A DNA stretch of 63,936 bases, the filler included, from Octopus bimaculoides (Eukaryota), in NCBI RefSeq assembly GCF_001194135.2. It is 8 parts of 8 records of this genome, joined end to end, with 100 filler letters (N's around TTAATTAATTAA, not from the genome) between each part and the next. Parts side by side here need not be neighbours in the genome. Positions count along the whole stretch, not along the records: positions 60,701 to 62,485 come from NC_069005.1; positions 62,586 to 63,936 come from NW_026432782.1; 6 more parts are not named here. The stretch is one strand, 5' to 3'. The translations under genes were made by a program, and so were the position numbers. The notes beneath the pieces were generated by a model. That model saw only the letters and a program-made list of their open reading frames with translations, had not been told where the DNA came from and ran no database searches. This document shows, piece by piece, positions 61,720-63,936 of this stretch. Numbering within the stretch: the first letter of the stretch is position 1; each line of letters begins with the position of its first letter.

Positions 61720-62480
61720 TGATGGCCCTGTCCGTAGGAAGAAGCTTGTAGAAGCAACGCTTCTCCACCCCAACCAAACTGAAAGCATGCCCTTCTTCAG
61801 GTGAAGTCCTGCTTTTGCGGTTGTTCGTAGTGGTTCGCAACTCTTCCTCCATGATCGTTTGTGCTTCACATTGTTATAGACGATCCATTTTTCATCATCT
61901 GTCACCATTCTTTTCAAAAAAGGATGATCGTTTTCTTCACGTTTCTGCAACGAATCGGTGGAAATCCGTTCGGCGAGGTTAGCCTCATTGAATTGATGTG
62001 GGACCCTCACATCGAACCTGCTAAAGTAAACAAGTTGATGCAGATGGTTTTCAACAATCGATTTGGATATTTGGAGGATATCTACATTTATCCTGGTCGT
62101 CTAACGAAGGTTGGTGTCGACTAACTTCTTCATTTTGTTGCTGTTAATCTTTTGACCGACCAGAGCAAGGTACATCTTCAACCGAAAAATTTCCCGATTG
62201 AAATCTTGAAAACCACCTCTGACACACACGTTCCGTAACAGTACTCTCTCTAAATACGGCGCATATCTTTCTATAGGTTTCTGCCGCTTCTTTGCCATTT
62301 TTAAAATTAAAAAAATGTACAAGGAATTGATAATGTTCGCTTTGATTCTCCATTTTCAAGGTGATCCCAAGCATACAAAATGCAACCTGTTTCGTCGAAA
62401 GTCTGCGTTGAACTTTGTTGAAATGTTAAGTATCAAACGAGTGTGGATGCGCAAGGAGTAGACCGACGTTAGCTACTTAT
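61720..62480 (-). mobile_element. Degenerate Tc1/mariner (mariner-type) transposase
   Basis: FKNGKEAAETYRKICAVFRESTVTERVCQRWFSRFQSGNFSVEDVPCSGRS (HTH), then VPHQFNE...FLKRMVTDDEKWIVYNN...AKAGLHLKKGMLSVW (WVPHEL, TGDEKW, LHPKK motifs); frameshifted. Confidence 0.92.
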
Positions 62481-63121
62481 TAGGGNNNNNNNNNNNNNNN
62501 NNNNNNNNNNNNNNNNNNNNNNNNNNNNNTTAATTAATTAANNNNNNNNNNNNNNNNNNNNNNNNNNNNNNNNNNNNNNNNNNNNTATATATATATACAC
62601 ATACTCATATATATATACATACATATTCTATACATTATATATATGCACATATATATACATGTGTGTATATGTAATGCTCGCATTAATTTAATGTAATGCT
62701 CGCATTACTTAAATAAATTGGAGTAGCATGAAACGTGCGTACTGCAATCACCTTTGAAATCCGTGTTGCTTATTTTTTTATTTTGATCACCTATCCTTTT
62801 GGGATACGATATTCGGGTGCCTACGCATAAGTACCATATTCAACCTTGAATCTATATCTAAACCGTGTGTGTATATGTATATATGTTTATATATATATGT
62901 ATATATGTTTATATATATATATGTATATATATGTATATATACATATTGTGTTTATCTATGAATTTATTTATCTATCTATCTATCTACATACATACATATA
63001 TACATACATACATACAGACAGACAGACATACATATACATATATATATAAGACAGAGAGGGAAAGAGATAGTGACAGAGACTGAGGCAGAGACCGAACGAG
63101 CGAAGTGAGTGAGAGAGCGTG

Positions 63122-63288
63122 ACTAAGAGAGCGAGAGAGAGGGAGTAGTAGAGACAGAGTAGTAGTAGAGAGAGAGAGAGTAGTAGAGAAAGAGAGAGAG
63201 TAGTAGAGAGAGAGAGAGAGTAGTAGAGAGAGAGAGAGAGAGTAGTAGTAGAGAGAGAGAGAGAGAGTAGTAGAGAGAGAGAGAGATT
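63122..63288. repeat. Compound (GA)n/(GTA)n microsatellite
   Basis: Direct inspection. Confidence 0.9.
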
Positions 63289-63711
63289 GTGTGTCTGTAC
63301 AACAAAGAAAAGTAATACTTTTTCCCCGTGGAAAAATAGAGTAATAGAATTAGTTATGGATGGTATTAATATTGTCTGTGAAACTGAAAATATTCAAAGT
63401 TCACACAAAAGCTTACAGATAAAGCCAGCATTAATGCAAGTTTTAAATGTAAAGGACTGTGCATTCGTCTTTTTTTTTTTTTTTTACAAGTCAGATCCTA
63501 TAGAAATAATGTAAGACATATAGATCGAAAAAGAAATATATATTTGAAGGTTAATATCATTGAGACTTAAATAGAAACATATCAAGAAGGATGTTTGATT
63601 TAAATACTGTCATGTTTTAGAAGTATTTTATAAAATCCATATTTAACTTGTAATATACTCACAGCTTTTACCCCTTTTACTCACACAAATTTAAGGTTTT
63701 CTATTAATAAT

Positions 63712-63898
63712 TCTTTGTTAGGGGTACAAAGCCTAAAATTTGCGGTGGGGCTAGGGATATTGGATTACATCGACCTTAGTGCCCAACTGGCGCTTATGTT
63801 ATCGACCTCGAAAAAATGGAAGGTAAATGCGACTTCCCCAGAATGTGAAAGTAGAACGCAATTTCGGCAACGTGCAAAGGATTCTAAAGTTCGTCGCC

Positions 63899-63900
<2 letters not shown>
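63712..63900 (-). mobile_element. tRNA-derived SINE family A (diverged)
   Basis: GCCTAAAATTT...ATTACATCGACCTTAGTGCCCAACTGG...ATCGACCTCGAAA, followed by (AAT)n. Confidence 0.7.

Positions 63901-63936
<36 letters not shown>

Noticed and set aside
61065-61722. 195-aa His/Thr-rich ORF
   Set aside because: Translation of the ACGTCACACTA minisatellite.
16915-62541. TTAATTAATTAA 12-mers embedded in N-runs (16915, 34872, 41026, 45649, 52419, 60645, 62530)
   Set aside because: Always centred in N-gaps and containing stops in all six frames: an assembly/scaffolding spacer, not biology.

Overview
AT-rich, repeat-dense eukaryotic genomic DNA with many N-gaps. The SINE families, microsatellite load and TTAATTAATTAA gap spacers are consistent with an octopus (cephalopod) draft assembly; this is inferred, not proven. 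Three genes can be built by hand. (1) A minus-strand proteolipid-family gene (M6/PLP/DM20), invisible in the ORF track, with five exons at 13907-13748, 12882-12720, 11668-11577, 10347-10282 and 8903-8808; its TM1-coding 5' exon(s) were not found. (2, 3) A convergent, inverted-duplicated pair of laccase-like multicopper oxidases. Each has a signal peptide and all four copper motifs in one ~2 kb exon, and each splices (phase 1) to a small, previously hidden exon encoding a transmembrane helix plus an RKQKN tail, giving type-I membrane enzymes of 710 and 729 aa. In both paralogues, reading through the donor gives a short tail, a stop and a nearby AATAAA, suggesting a possible secreted/membrane isoform switch. 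The rest is mobile DNA: SINEs, LINE relics (APE-type, RTE, R4/Dong-like), Penelope-like GIY-YIG fragments with one intact-looking hammerhead ribozyme, several long foldback elements whose arms carry degenerate hammerhead cores, a Helitron helicase fragment fused to a TTCCTGGAA minisatellite, a mariner relic and a piggyBac-type MITE.
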